From positions 69,070,001 through 69,134,000 of the forward strand of contig NC_087436.1 of the NCBI RefSeq assembly GCF_036321535.1: 64,000 bases of DNA. The letters run 5' to 3'. Made by a program: the position numbers and the translations under genes. Positions 53,405-64,000 of the stretch are shown one piece after another. Every line of letters starts with the position of its first letter. Within the stretch, counting starts at the first letter, position 1. The stretch comes from Camelus dromedarius (lineage: Eukaryota). Under the pieces are notes generated by a model that was given only the letters and a program-made list of their open reading frames with translations, was not told the DNA's origin and did not search any database.

Positions 53405-53553
53405 TTTTTTTGTTATTGTTGTTGTTGTTTTTAATGGAGGTACTGGGGATTGAACACAGGACCTCACGCATGCTAAGCATGCACTTTACCACTGAGCTAC
53501 ACCCCCACCCACAGTTATACCCTCACCCCCAGCTATACCTCACCCCTACCCCC
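53405..53553 (-). mobile_element. tRNA-Ala-derived SINE with triplicated 5' end
   Basis: TSD ccaatttt on both sides; three ~18-nt head units at 53495-53547. Confidence 0.88.
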
Positions 53554-55081
53554 CCAATTTTCTTAATCCTCTCTAATATGCAAGACTCCAAAACTTCCAC
53601 ATTTTTTTCCCCTGTGGATCTTGCTGGGCCTTGGTTTTGGTCTCTGTTTGAGTAGATCATGATCAGACTTTACTTTAGGCTAAAGTCCCTATCTTTATGT
53701 GGTGTGGTCTTTCTGCTGTCTCAGCTGGATTGCTGGAGGATTATGAAGTACAACTGAGATCTCCCTCAGAGGGGCTAGATCTCCAAAGTTCCCTACCACA
53801 GCTCTTTCCCTAGCTTTGCTTATCTCTAGTATCTCTGTTCTGATATCAACTCAATAGTAACTGAAATCTGGTAATCAGTCCTTTTATGTTCTTCTCTCCA
53901 CATGCATAGCTCGGGGCACTTTTTATTGCTAACTAAATTCAATTCAATTCACAATTCATTACCATCAAAAAGGAACTTTCCTCTGTATAAGCTGTATTAC
54001 ATTTTTTAAATAACATTTTGATGACCCCTGAGGTCTAAAGAGTTTTTGGTTCTATGTTTTTAGTTTACCCACCTTCGTTCAAGAAATCGTACACATCCAT
54101 AGCTAAGGCAAAAATCCATGGAGAGCCATTTGGTGCTATATTTTCTGCTTAAGTTTACCAACAATAAAACAATCCATCCTCCCTCAACTACAGAAATAAT
54201 AAATATAACAGAAGCTCCAGCTTATCGAACATTTAATTGCCTTTTTCTAACCTTTTTAAACATTACAGTAACTCTGAAAATGATTTCTAAGTTTTCATTC
54301 ATAAAGACACGAAAGATTAGAAGTTAAGTTCTCTAAGATCTCATGCTAGTGAACGGCAGAGCCAGAATTTGTACCAGCTCATTATGACTGCAAAGCCTGT
54401 GCTTTTAATAATTACACAATAGTTTACTTGAATAGATTGATGTTCAACAAATCCAGAGATCAATTCTTTTTAACTCCATAACTTTTCTTTTCTATTAACA
54501 TGCCTAAAACGAAAACTGCATTTTTAAAACAGCTGTGCCCTTGTTTTCACATAACTTTATTTTAAAAGCAAATACTTAAATATAGAATTCTAATTATATT
54601 AAAGATTATTTTTAGTTACTTTTTAGTTCTGATAGGATAAATATGGATTAGGGAAAGTGGCATTCTTATATCACCTTAATTTTCTTGGCTGGTTTTTCTT
54701 TCTCTGCTTTTCTTTAAAATTATTAAAGAAAATCTCAAATATTAAAAAAAAAAGTAGAGAGGAGAGTACATTTTTCCACAAATGCATCACCCATCTTCAG
54801 CTCATGAGTGGACTTATTTCATATATAATGCCACCCAAAGCCCCCTGTCCTGTCAGTTTATTTGGAAACAAGTCCCAGATACCATTATCATTTCATCTGC
54901 AAATATTTTAGCATGTATCATGAAATTATAAAAATTCTTTTTTAAACATAACTTATTAGACTAAAATTATTAACAGCAATTCCTTCAAAATCATCATTTA
55001 CTCACTATTGTAAGTTTGCTGGGGGGGGTGTGTGTGAGATGTGTTTTCATGTATTCAAGTCAGCATTTAAATAAGGTCCAC

Positions 55082-55534
55082 AGTATTAGTTTCATAGGAC
55101 TGCTATGACAAGGTACCAGAAACCGGGTGGCTTAAAACAACAGAAACTTATTGTCTCACAGTTCTGGAGGATAGAAGTCTAAAATCAAAGTGTCAATAGA
55201 GCCACGTTCCTTCTGAAGCCCATTGGAGAGAATCTTTATTTGCCTCTCTGAGCTTCTGGGTTTTGCCTGTAATCCTTGAGTCCCTTGGCTGCATCGTTCC
55301 AACCTCTCCTTCCATTTGTCACGTGGCCAAATATTCCTTGTGTTCTGTTTCTGTATCTCTTCTCTCTTATAAGGACACTAGTCATATTGGATTAAGGACC
55401 CACACTATTCCACTCTAACCTTATTTTAATAAGTTACATATGAAACAAGCCTAAAACTAAATAAGGTTGCATTCTGAGGTACTTCAGGTTAGGTCTTCAA
55501 CATAATATTTTGAGGAACATTTCAACCCATAACA
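55082..55534. mobile_element. MLT1B/C-like MaLR LTR nested in an old L1 3'UTR (~54720-56520)
   Basis: gtattagtttc...gggtggcttaaaacaacagaaa...caacccataaca. 5-bp TSD tccac (55077-55081 / 55535-55539). Confidence 0.85.
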
Positions 55535-55755
55535 TCCACATCCTGCAATTGGCTTATATTTTTTATATTTCTTACAATTTTATTTTAACATATAGATTAC
55601 TTACTCCTCTGTTTTTCTTTCCTCCTTCCCTGCAATTTATTTTTGAAGACACCTGCTTGTTTGTCCTGTAGAGTTTTCTACTGTCTGGATTTTGCTAATG
55701 ATATTTGTGTGGGATTGCTTAACACAGTCACCTGTGTTTTGCCTGTGCTCTAAAG

Positions 55756-55968
55756 CACAATTTCTCAGCCTAAGCACTATTGGCATTTGGGTCAGATAGT
55801 TATTTGTTATGTTTAGGGGAGGAGGGGTGCTCTTCTGTGCCCTATAGGATGTTTAACACCATCCTTGGCCTCCACCCACTACATTCTAGTAGCACAATTT
55901 GTTGCAGTAGCTACAAATTTCTCCAAACTTTCCCTGGGGGCAGAGTCACCTTTGGTTGAGAACTACTG
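55756..55968 (+). mobile_element. MER20 (hAT-Charlie)
   Basis: tttctcagcctaagcactattggcatttggg...ggttgagaactactg. Confidence 0.8.
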
Positions 55969-57669
55969 ACAAGTCTTGATGAGATCCAGGTTTCATGGTC
56001 TTGGCAACGTTACTTCATAGATAGCATTATGTACTTCCCTCAGGAGGCACATAACATCTGACTGTTATATAAATTAGCAGCCATTAATAACCATTGTCTT
56101 GGTTTGTTTATTTCATTAATGGTTATAAAATGATGGTGTCCTACTTCTATCATTACTTTGCTCTGGCCATGTATTAGCTGGAATACTTCCCTAGAAACTT
56201 CCCTTCATCAACTACTTGCTTGGTAATACTGAGATAGAGTTCTAATTGGAAGGACAGGATAAATGATGATTTCTCTTTACCAGTTTTCAAAATAATGAAC
56301 TGGTTCCCTAGCGTCATTCAAGAGGGACTGATGAATTTTTTGAACTATTATAAATTCATGGATTTAAACATATTGCATATGTTTCAATTCAATGCAATTT
56401 TATCTTTACAGATGTTCAAAATGTTTCATATCTTGATAGGACCCTAGCATTCTTTGATTACTACTTTTTAATATGACAAAATGTTCCAGATTCATACTGC
56501 ATATTCCCTTTATTGATATTCTCTAAGACTCTGGACTGAGTCTTCTTAATTCCTCACTCCGCATAAACTTTCTGGGGCAACAGAATCTATCTTTTTTTTT
56601 CAATCCACATGCTCAATAGATATATACTTCAGTCAGTAATATTGGTCAAAGGTAAGGCAATTGAGAGGGATGATGCAGGAAAGGTCTTATTGGAAAGTGC
56701 ATGCCCTGATTAAAGGCATTTAAGCTTCAGTAAAAGCACGCAAACACTGCTGGTTCCAGGAAAGTCTTAGGTCAGCAGACACCAGTTTGCAATTTGTGCT
56801 GTATGATCTGGCCCTGGCCTGATTTAATATTAAATGTTGTGAAAAATGTTTCAGAGACTCTAGATATTGTTATCATCCTCTGAGAAGTGCTGGTCACCTT
56901 GAACTTGTATTGGCTTGTTTTTATATTTTATAGCTGTGGATCTGTGGATCTATTCCAACCCTCCAGTGGATTCAACCTTGAAATTCTGTCCCTCTGCAGA
57001 TCATGTGCTGTTTTTGTCTTAGCCTGGGTCTTGATTAGGCCCTTACTTGTATGATGTGGCCTTTCCCTCAAACATTATCTCAGTCACTTGCTTTCTCACT
57101 CATTATCTGGGTGGCTCATTGGTGTTCTCATTAGATCCTTGACCACACCAAGGCCTCTTTCTCCCTCAGAGCCTTTGTATGGGCTGTTCTTTGCCTGGAA
57201 GACTCTTATCTCCTCTTACTGGGTATCAGTCCACCTGATGTATTCCCTCCTCAGAGAGGACTTTACTAGTTTTTTTTAATATAAAAAGCCTCCACCCATC
57301 TCCGCCTTGCCACATTAGCCTCTTGTTTCTTTCACAGGATTCATCATGACTTTTAATTTGTTCCCTTATGCTTTGTCTCTCTCACTAGAACATAATCCTC
57401 AGCTTCTTCTTACATAACCATTGAATATAAACCTGAATTGAACCATGGGCAGCTTTGTCACCTAGGATTTTTTTTCACATGAAAACCATTCTTCTGCCCA
57501 CCACCCTTGCCCTTTTTCCTTTTACTGAGGCTGAGAGGCTTTTAAATCTCAACTAGGCTTTATTTCCCCTTCTCCAGAAAGCTTTCGTTTACTCTATTCT
57601 TTACCCCCCACCAGTCTGAGTGGCCTGCCCCCAAGGGTTCCAGTAACATTCTGAGCTTACTACATAAAG

Positions 57670-57905
57670 CAGTATTAGGAAGTGGGTGATGGCTGAATCC
57701 AAATTACCTGGACTTCAGTCATGTTACTAACTACTACTCCTAACTTTGGGCACTTCAATTTCATAATCCTTCACTTTCCTTTCATGTAAAATAGAGCTAA
57801 TAATATACTAATCTAATCGCGTTTTTGAAAGATGAAATCAGATCGTGTAGGTCAAGTGCTCAGAACAGTACCCACCACACAGTAAGAACACACAAATTTT
57901 TAGGT
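57670..57905 (+). mobile_element. MIR remnant
   Basis: tgtaaaatagagctaataat...aagtgctcagaacagtacc...cacagtaag. Confidence 0.6.
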
Positions 57906-58599
57906 ATTGTTTTTACACAGTAATATCCTGTTTACTTTTCTCTTCCCTATACTATATATTTAAAATTCCTTAAAGGCAGAAATACTGTCCTATTTAATCT
58001 TGATTCCTAAGCCTCTGATACATAGCTTGGTTTTATATTTACTGAATTGTTTTCCTTCTCTTTTCTCCCTTGAAGCCCTCCAGATGGCTCCAAACAAATC
58101 TCTATTCATGTTTTCCCACTGCTTAAAATCTTCCAGTTCCCTTCAGTTTGGTCTCAATATGTTAAAAGGGCTATCAAGGACCAAGACTCTGTAGACTGTC
58201 TTTCTCTAAATTTGCCATTAGCTTGTTTTTATATAACAGTGTTACCTCTTTTTTTTTTTTTCTTCAAATTTTGTTTCCCTTGTAATCTCAGTTATGAAGC
58301 AGTGAAGCAAAATTACATTTTCATTCCTTTGGACAGTTTACTTCATGCAAGTTTTCTTTGCAGATTTTACCATATTATGTAATTTTTGGTCACTTCTGTA
58401 GTTTTAATTTCTCACTAGTCCCAGGACCTCGATAAATGTTTAACAAACTTGTTATACAAAGCTATTATTAAAATATCATTCCTTTCCCCAATTAAAATCA
58501 ATACTAGTAGGCTTTTGTGAAGTCAGCTGGTTGCATCCTGCGCTGAAGCAAATAAGAACTTACATCTGGTACCCAGAGTATAAAGTGATGGCTGCAAAA

Positions 58600-59450
58600 G
58601 GACCGGCCCATATTTGTCCTAAATAAGACTCCGATTTCCAGAACTGAATTAGGCGTCCCGCGGAGCGACGGGAAGCATCTTTGCCTGGAGGATGGAAGGT
58701 CCATTAATGGTCGTTTCAGGTGAGAAAACTGACACCTAGGAGTACGCAGCGCAGCAAGTTGCCCACAAAGTAACTTGGCCGACTTAATCACTAGAAGTAA
58801 AACTCATTCAAGGGACTTCCGGGCTGCGGCGGGGGGGGGGGGGGGCCGACGTGCTGACGTTACGTTCCCTTGCCCGCCCCACTTCCCCGCCCCTCTCCGC
58901 ACTGTGACGTTCCCAGGGAGAAACGAGGCGTAAACAGCGCAGGGCATTTCGGGAGCGGGATTGTTTCACGCAGGAAGCAGGCTCCATTTTAGCACCGCCC
59001 GCCGTCGCCATCTGTTTCCCTTCCCTCCCCTTTGCCCCCTCCCGTCCCCAAGCCCCAACGGGAAGGCTGGGCCTAGGCTGCGGGAGGCTGGAGTGAAAGG
59101 AGGGAAGGGGAAAAGGGAGAAAGGGAAGAAGCAGGGAGAAAGGGTGACTGGTAGACACTCAGGTGCGAAGCGCGCAGCCCAGCGGACGGACTGACGGACG
59201 CGCCTGTGCTTCTGCTGCCGCGGCTGTGGCTCCCTCGCGGGTCGCGTCGAAGCGGCGGCGGCCACAGCGGCGGAAACAAGAGGGGAGCAATGGCGGCCGA
59301 CAGCCGAGAGGAGAAAGGTTAGTGCGGAGAAGGGTGACGGGCGCAGGCGGGGCTCGGGAGTGGGTAGATGGAGCTGTGGTTGTCGTTGTGGGTTGGGGGT
59401 TGGGAAGGTTAATCTGCCCCGCGCGGAGCCGGTCTCCCCGCTGAGACCCT
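58600..59450 (+). promoter_or_regulatory. YTHDC1: CpG-island promoter and 5' region of YTHDC1
   Basis: Sharp GC/CpG enrichment; ETS motif ACTTCCGG (~58815); TGACGT CRE half-sites (~58856, ~58905); GC boxes; YY1-like CCATTTT/CGCCATCT (~58984-59013). Confidence 0.9.
59290..59317 (+). CDS. YTHDC1: YTHDC1 (nuclear m6A reader) first coding exon
   Basis: ATG GCG GCC GAC AGC CGA GAG GAG AAA G|gttagt gives MAADSREEK(D), the recalled YTHDC1 N-terminus. Known synteny places it head-to-head with TMPRSS11E. Exon 2 is not seen in the window. Confidence 0.93.
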
Positions 59451-62400
59451 TGGATTCATTGGAAAAGAACAGGCCTACCCTTTCGTCTTCGATCTTCATG
59501 TCCTAACACTTCATCTAGTCTTGTTCTTTTTTTTTTTTTTTTTTTTTTTCTTTTCTAATCGTAATTCCCTTCTTCACTTAACATTAGCTGTCCTGGGCGC
59601 GGCTGAAGGAAGGCCTGTTCTGAGTTGCAAGGCCCTTAGGGTTTAGTTCCTGGTAGTAGTATGCGGATGTACTGCGTATTTTCAGAACATCCTTTTCTAT
59701 TAGGCTAAATTTCGAAAACCCTTAATGCCAAGTTTAAAGCTAGTAAGCAACATATTTAAGAAGTGGTATATAGGTGGATTATTAATGTCGAGAAATGTTT
59801 ATAATTAAGTTTTGGCTATTCCTGTCAAATAGGCAGAGTGGCAAGAATGGCCTGTTTTTTTCCCTAAATACTTATTTTGGAAAACATGATGTTTGAAAAC
59901 GTGATTGTGTGACTGAGGCCAGGCAAAAACAAACAAACAAACAAACAAACCCCGCCACTGTTCTGATAGAAACACGTTGTGCGTAGCTCCTAGAGGGTAC
60001 AGCGAGGAACAAATGGATGTAATTTATGGAGAATTGGAGGGATACAGTTACATTGAAATATCGGAAGAACTGATGTTGCCAGAATGGAATGCCGTATCTT
60101 TTGAAATACTGACCTTCCGGCCCCTGGAAATACTAACGTAGATCCTGAATCAATACATGTCTGTAGTAGAGTGGTCTAGATTGGATGCTGCGTTAAGATT
60201 TTTTCCAACCTTAAGATTATTATGATGGTTTTGAAAAGGTTATGGTTGATAAAAAATATGACTAGCTGCTTTCCTGTATTTCACGGATCTACCCTTTTGT
60301 GTGGCTAATTAATTTGGGGTGGGGATTTGTTAAATGGGCTGTAGAGTTAAATGATATTAGACTTGTGATGTGTGATTTTTCTTAAGAGAAAGAAGAAACT
60401 TCATGAATCAGTGAACTGGATAGGGACAAGTTTGGGAAATGGAGTGGGTGGGAATATGTTTAAAGTACTACTCCAGTCTTAAACTCAATAATTAAATTAT
60501 GGCAGTTTAATTTTCTTTCCTTAAATTAATTCTAAAAATCCAACCCCCCCACCCCCACTTTTGAGAAATCCAGAAGGAATGTGAACATAAAATTGCATGG
60601 GGTTAGTGAATAAAAGAAACTGCTTTTAATTAGGAGTAAAGTAGTATTAAATAGATGGTTTTAATCAATAAGAATTAATCCAGTCAGCATTTGTGCTTGT
60701 GTAATCTGTGAGCTGTGTGTATTGAGAGTGGGGTGGTGGTTGTGGGTGAGATGAACTAGATACAAAATGAGTAAAACTTAATACTTCTTAAGAATTAATT
60801 GTCCATTCAGATGAACATAAGTTGTAAATAAAGTGATACAGTAGACACATTAAAGTATGTGGAGGAAGAAAAGTAGGTAGTGTTTTAAAAATTTTGTTTA
60901 AGAAATGGATTTAATGATGAAAATGTAGTTCAGAACTTAAACTTTGTGACTATTATTGGAAAGTAGTAAATGCCCCCTATTAGCAATACTTAAGTTAAAT
61001 TGTCCAGCTTTTGAAAGGCCTCACATTTGTGTAGTTTTTTTAAAAACTTAATTTCCATAGTTCAGCTTCTTTATTTCAAAATTTATGATACAAATACTTA
61101 CCTTAATTGTCTCTAGTTTATTGGGAAAGCTAGCAAATACAAACTTACTGAAATGACTTACTTAATTTTGGAATGGGAAGATTTCTAGAATAACCCACTT
61201 TGTAAATAAAGAAACTGAGGCCTAGGGTGTCTTATTTCATCTCTGTCAGTCAGCCAGAATTATAATCAGAATTAAAATTAATACTTGATTTCTCATGTTG
61301 AACAAAGAAAAGTGGAAAGCTAAGTACTTATTATCATCAGTTACCTTATATAAAACATTAGGAAATTAAAAAAGTAAACCCTGTAAGGATCTTAGACATG
61401 TTAACAAACCTTTGATCCCTTCTTAAAAGATTCTGTAAATGGTGTAAGATCTTGATAAGAAATGAGTTTAAGTTGCAGAAGTTTGCTATTAATCACAGAA
61501 TAGTTAAAAGACTTTTGGTCATAAAATGCTTGGATTGTTGGGCTTTGTACATTAGCTGTGTAATAAGCAGACATTACCTTCTATAAATGCTCCTATAATA
61601 CCCATACCTAGAAGCTGAAGCCTATAGCTGGAGAAATTGCCAGCTCCCTCTGATTCCTGTGGTGATTATTTGTCCAAAAAATGGATTTGGAATTGTTGGA
61701 ATGTTGGTGGTGTTAGCTAAAATTAAATGCCATTTTTCTATATGGGGAAATAACACATCTTTTCTATCATGAACACCTTGTATACATTTTACTTCTTAAG
61801 CTCTTACAAAGTTCTCTCTGAAGAACAGCTATACAAGTTTAATATACCTAAAACATGGATAACAAGGTACCACTTTCAAAAGTAACGTGTTTTGTACATT
61901 ATCAGACTGGAAGCTCCATGAGGGCCAGGAGTTTACCAGGTTCGTGGTATACAGTAATTGTCTCAGTGCCTTGAATAAATGATTTAGAAGGTTGTAAATC
62001 ATTAGCTCAAGGTCAGACTTCTTTAATAACTGACTAGTTATGTGATATTTGTTATTGATGTCCAAAGGTAAGAGTTTCTCAGTTTAAATTGTATATGTAC
62101 GCACTCACAGGTGCATATAAATATGTACACACAATTATATACACATACACACACACACATATTTACATACTGTAGCTGCCAATGTATGGTAAGTCCTTAG
62201 GGTTAGATTGACTTATACTTTAGTTAGGGCTTTATAAAGCATGGAGTATATATTTGATATTCCAGTATATTTGTTTTACCCATAATAGAAGTAAGACAAA
62301 AGATTTTAAATGCTCTCCTTAGACTTCACTTGTACGCTTTTTGGAAGACCTAAATTTGTATGGGGTGGGAAATCCAAGTCTCTGCACTTCATATAGAGGA

Positions 62401-64000
62401 ATGACAGTTTTGAATGACAAAAAGTAACTGAAAGACTGGTCTAACGTAAAGCACAACAGAAGGGGAGGTTCCAGGAAATCTTGCTCCATTGCCAAACCCC
62501 ACTGAAACTGTATTAAGTGAATTAAAATTAAAAGTATAATGTACTTTGGTGCCTTGTGTTGGAAAACAAAATGCATTGTATATTTAACTGCCCAGTGTTT
62601 TTGTTTTTTTTTTTTCCTTTAAATATTTCAGGTCTTAGTCTGATGCTGGATCCTGGAATAAATTGTACTTTGTGTCTCCTGACACTGAAGCTTCCAGGGT
62701 CAAGAAAATGAACTGTGTCTCAGATAAAGGTTAATTTTCTACGCTGATAATCCCTGGAGTTAAATAAGGTTTGTGGCCTTTCTGGGCCAAGAATTTCAAC
62801 AGTAAGATGTAATTCTGGTATAGTAAAGAGAGCACTGAATTTGGAATCAGAGCTGTGAGATTTTAGTCAAGTTATTTTAATTCTTTGGGCTTCATTTTGG
62901 AATACTTGTTCCATACATAACCTTCTAAAGGTTAAACTGCTTTGAAAGCTAGTTAGGTTTTAAAGTTCCCATGTTTATCTTGTCCAGACCAAAATCTCCC
63001 AATCAAGCAAAAAGACACGCCCTGTTAATTCTAACACAGTTTTGAAAAGGTTCTAAAAACAGTGACTTATTTCCTTGTTTTGCTTCCTATACGTGTGAAT
63101 CTGTACCTTTATCCTAAAATTCAGTTTGCTAATTATAGTTTGTGACAATAACTAAGATTGTGTTCCTTTGCACCAGTAATGATGATCAAGTCCATAGAAG
63201 CACATCATATATTGTGAAAGCGAAATATTCACAGATGATTGCATTTCCATAGAGGAGTCAAGCTAGCAGCAGTCTGCTTTGTTTTGTTTTTAATTAAGGC
63301 AGCATTTGGAAGTCAGAAAATTCCAAATTAAAATCTGAATTTGGGAATCCTCTTGAAAATTTGTAAGATCTGACATCATGGTGCTTACATTCTGTCAAGG
63401 CAGTTAATCTACTGGAGTTAAGTAGGCTTGTCTCTTTTAGCGTTCCTACTCTTTTACAAAGTATTGTATATATACTAAAACTGTAGTTTGGTGTCCCTGT
63501 GCCTCAGTGTCTTGAACCTTAAGTTTATTTGCATTTATTTAATATCAGTGTTGTTTAAGAGTTGTAGGTTTATATGCATTCTAGGGTCAGGCAGATAAAG
63601 TACTCATTTAATACAGTATGTAAATTTTGAGTATTAGGTTATAAGGAATAAAAGAGTAAACATGGTCTGTGTTCAGGCAGTATTAGTAAATACTTTGATT
63701 TATGGGGCATAAACCCAGATTGTCTCATGCACAACCTTGACATAAGTTACCTTCACGGTGTCTTAGCAGGAGACTGTCAGGACTGCTCCAGCTCATTTCT
63801 AGATGAGAGTCTGGGCCACTAATGATGAAACTGTCTTTTTTAGAAAATATAGGGTCTGGATTTTTATATTAAATCCCTGGAGTTTTCAAAAACAAAGCAT
63901 CCAAGAACTAGATTCATCTACAGGTTGTTAGTATATAATTTTGTATGGATTTGAATTTTAGCTTTAAGTGGAAATGCTGTTTATTTTGTTTCATTTGAGT

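Noticed and set aside
58808..59499. Long overlapping ORFs (up to 177 aa) in the CpG island
   Set aside because: Expected from stop-codon depletion in GC-rich promoter/5'UTR sequence; low-complexity products.
1..64000. Prokaryotic-type systems (CRISPR arrays, operons, defence islands)
   Set aside because: No spacer-repeat arrays or dense ORFs; the sequence is spliced mammalian DNA.

Overview
Mammalian genomic DNA, AT-rich and repeat-dense, probably from a camelid (inferred from eight tRNA-Ala(AGC)-derived SINEs of vic-1 type). The window spans the divergent TMPRSS11E (DESC1)/YTHDC1 interval. The minus strand carries three in-phase TMPRSS11E-like coding exons (SEA-domain end, linker, start of the protease domain) and a candidate first exon near 18.6 kb. 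Exons 2-4 were not found and may lie in a 200-N gap. The plus strand carries the CpG-island promoter, first coding exon (MAADSREEK) and start of intron 1 of YTHDC1. The rest is L1 fragments, ERV/MaLR LTRs, hAT DNA transposons, MIR/L2 and microsatellites. Best leads: (1) the zymogen activation site reads M-VVGG instead of R-IVGG; (2) a GC-rich, intron-containing gene-like fragment with a strong CTCF motif sits inside an old LTR; (3) an ancient LTR33-like element has kept CpG-island character; (4) a candidate poison exon lies in YTHDC1 intron 1. Gene and repeat family names come from recalled sequences, not database searches.
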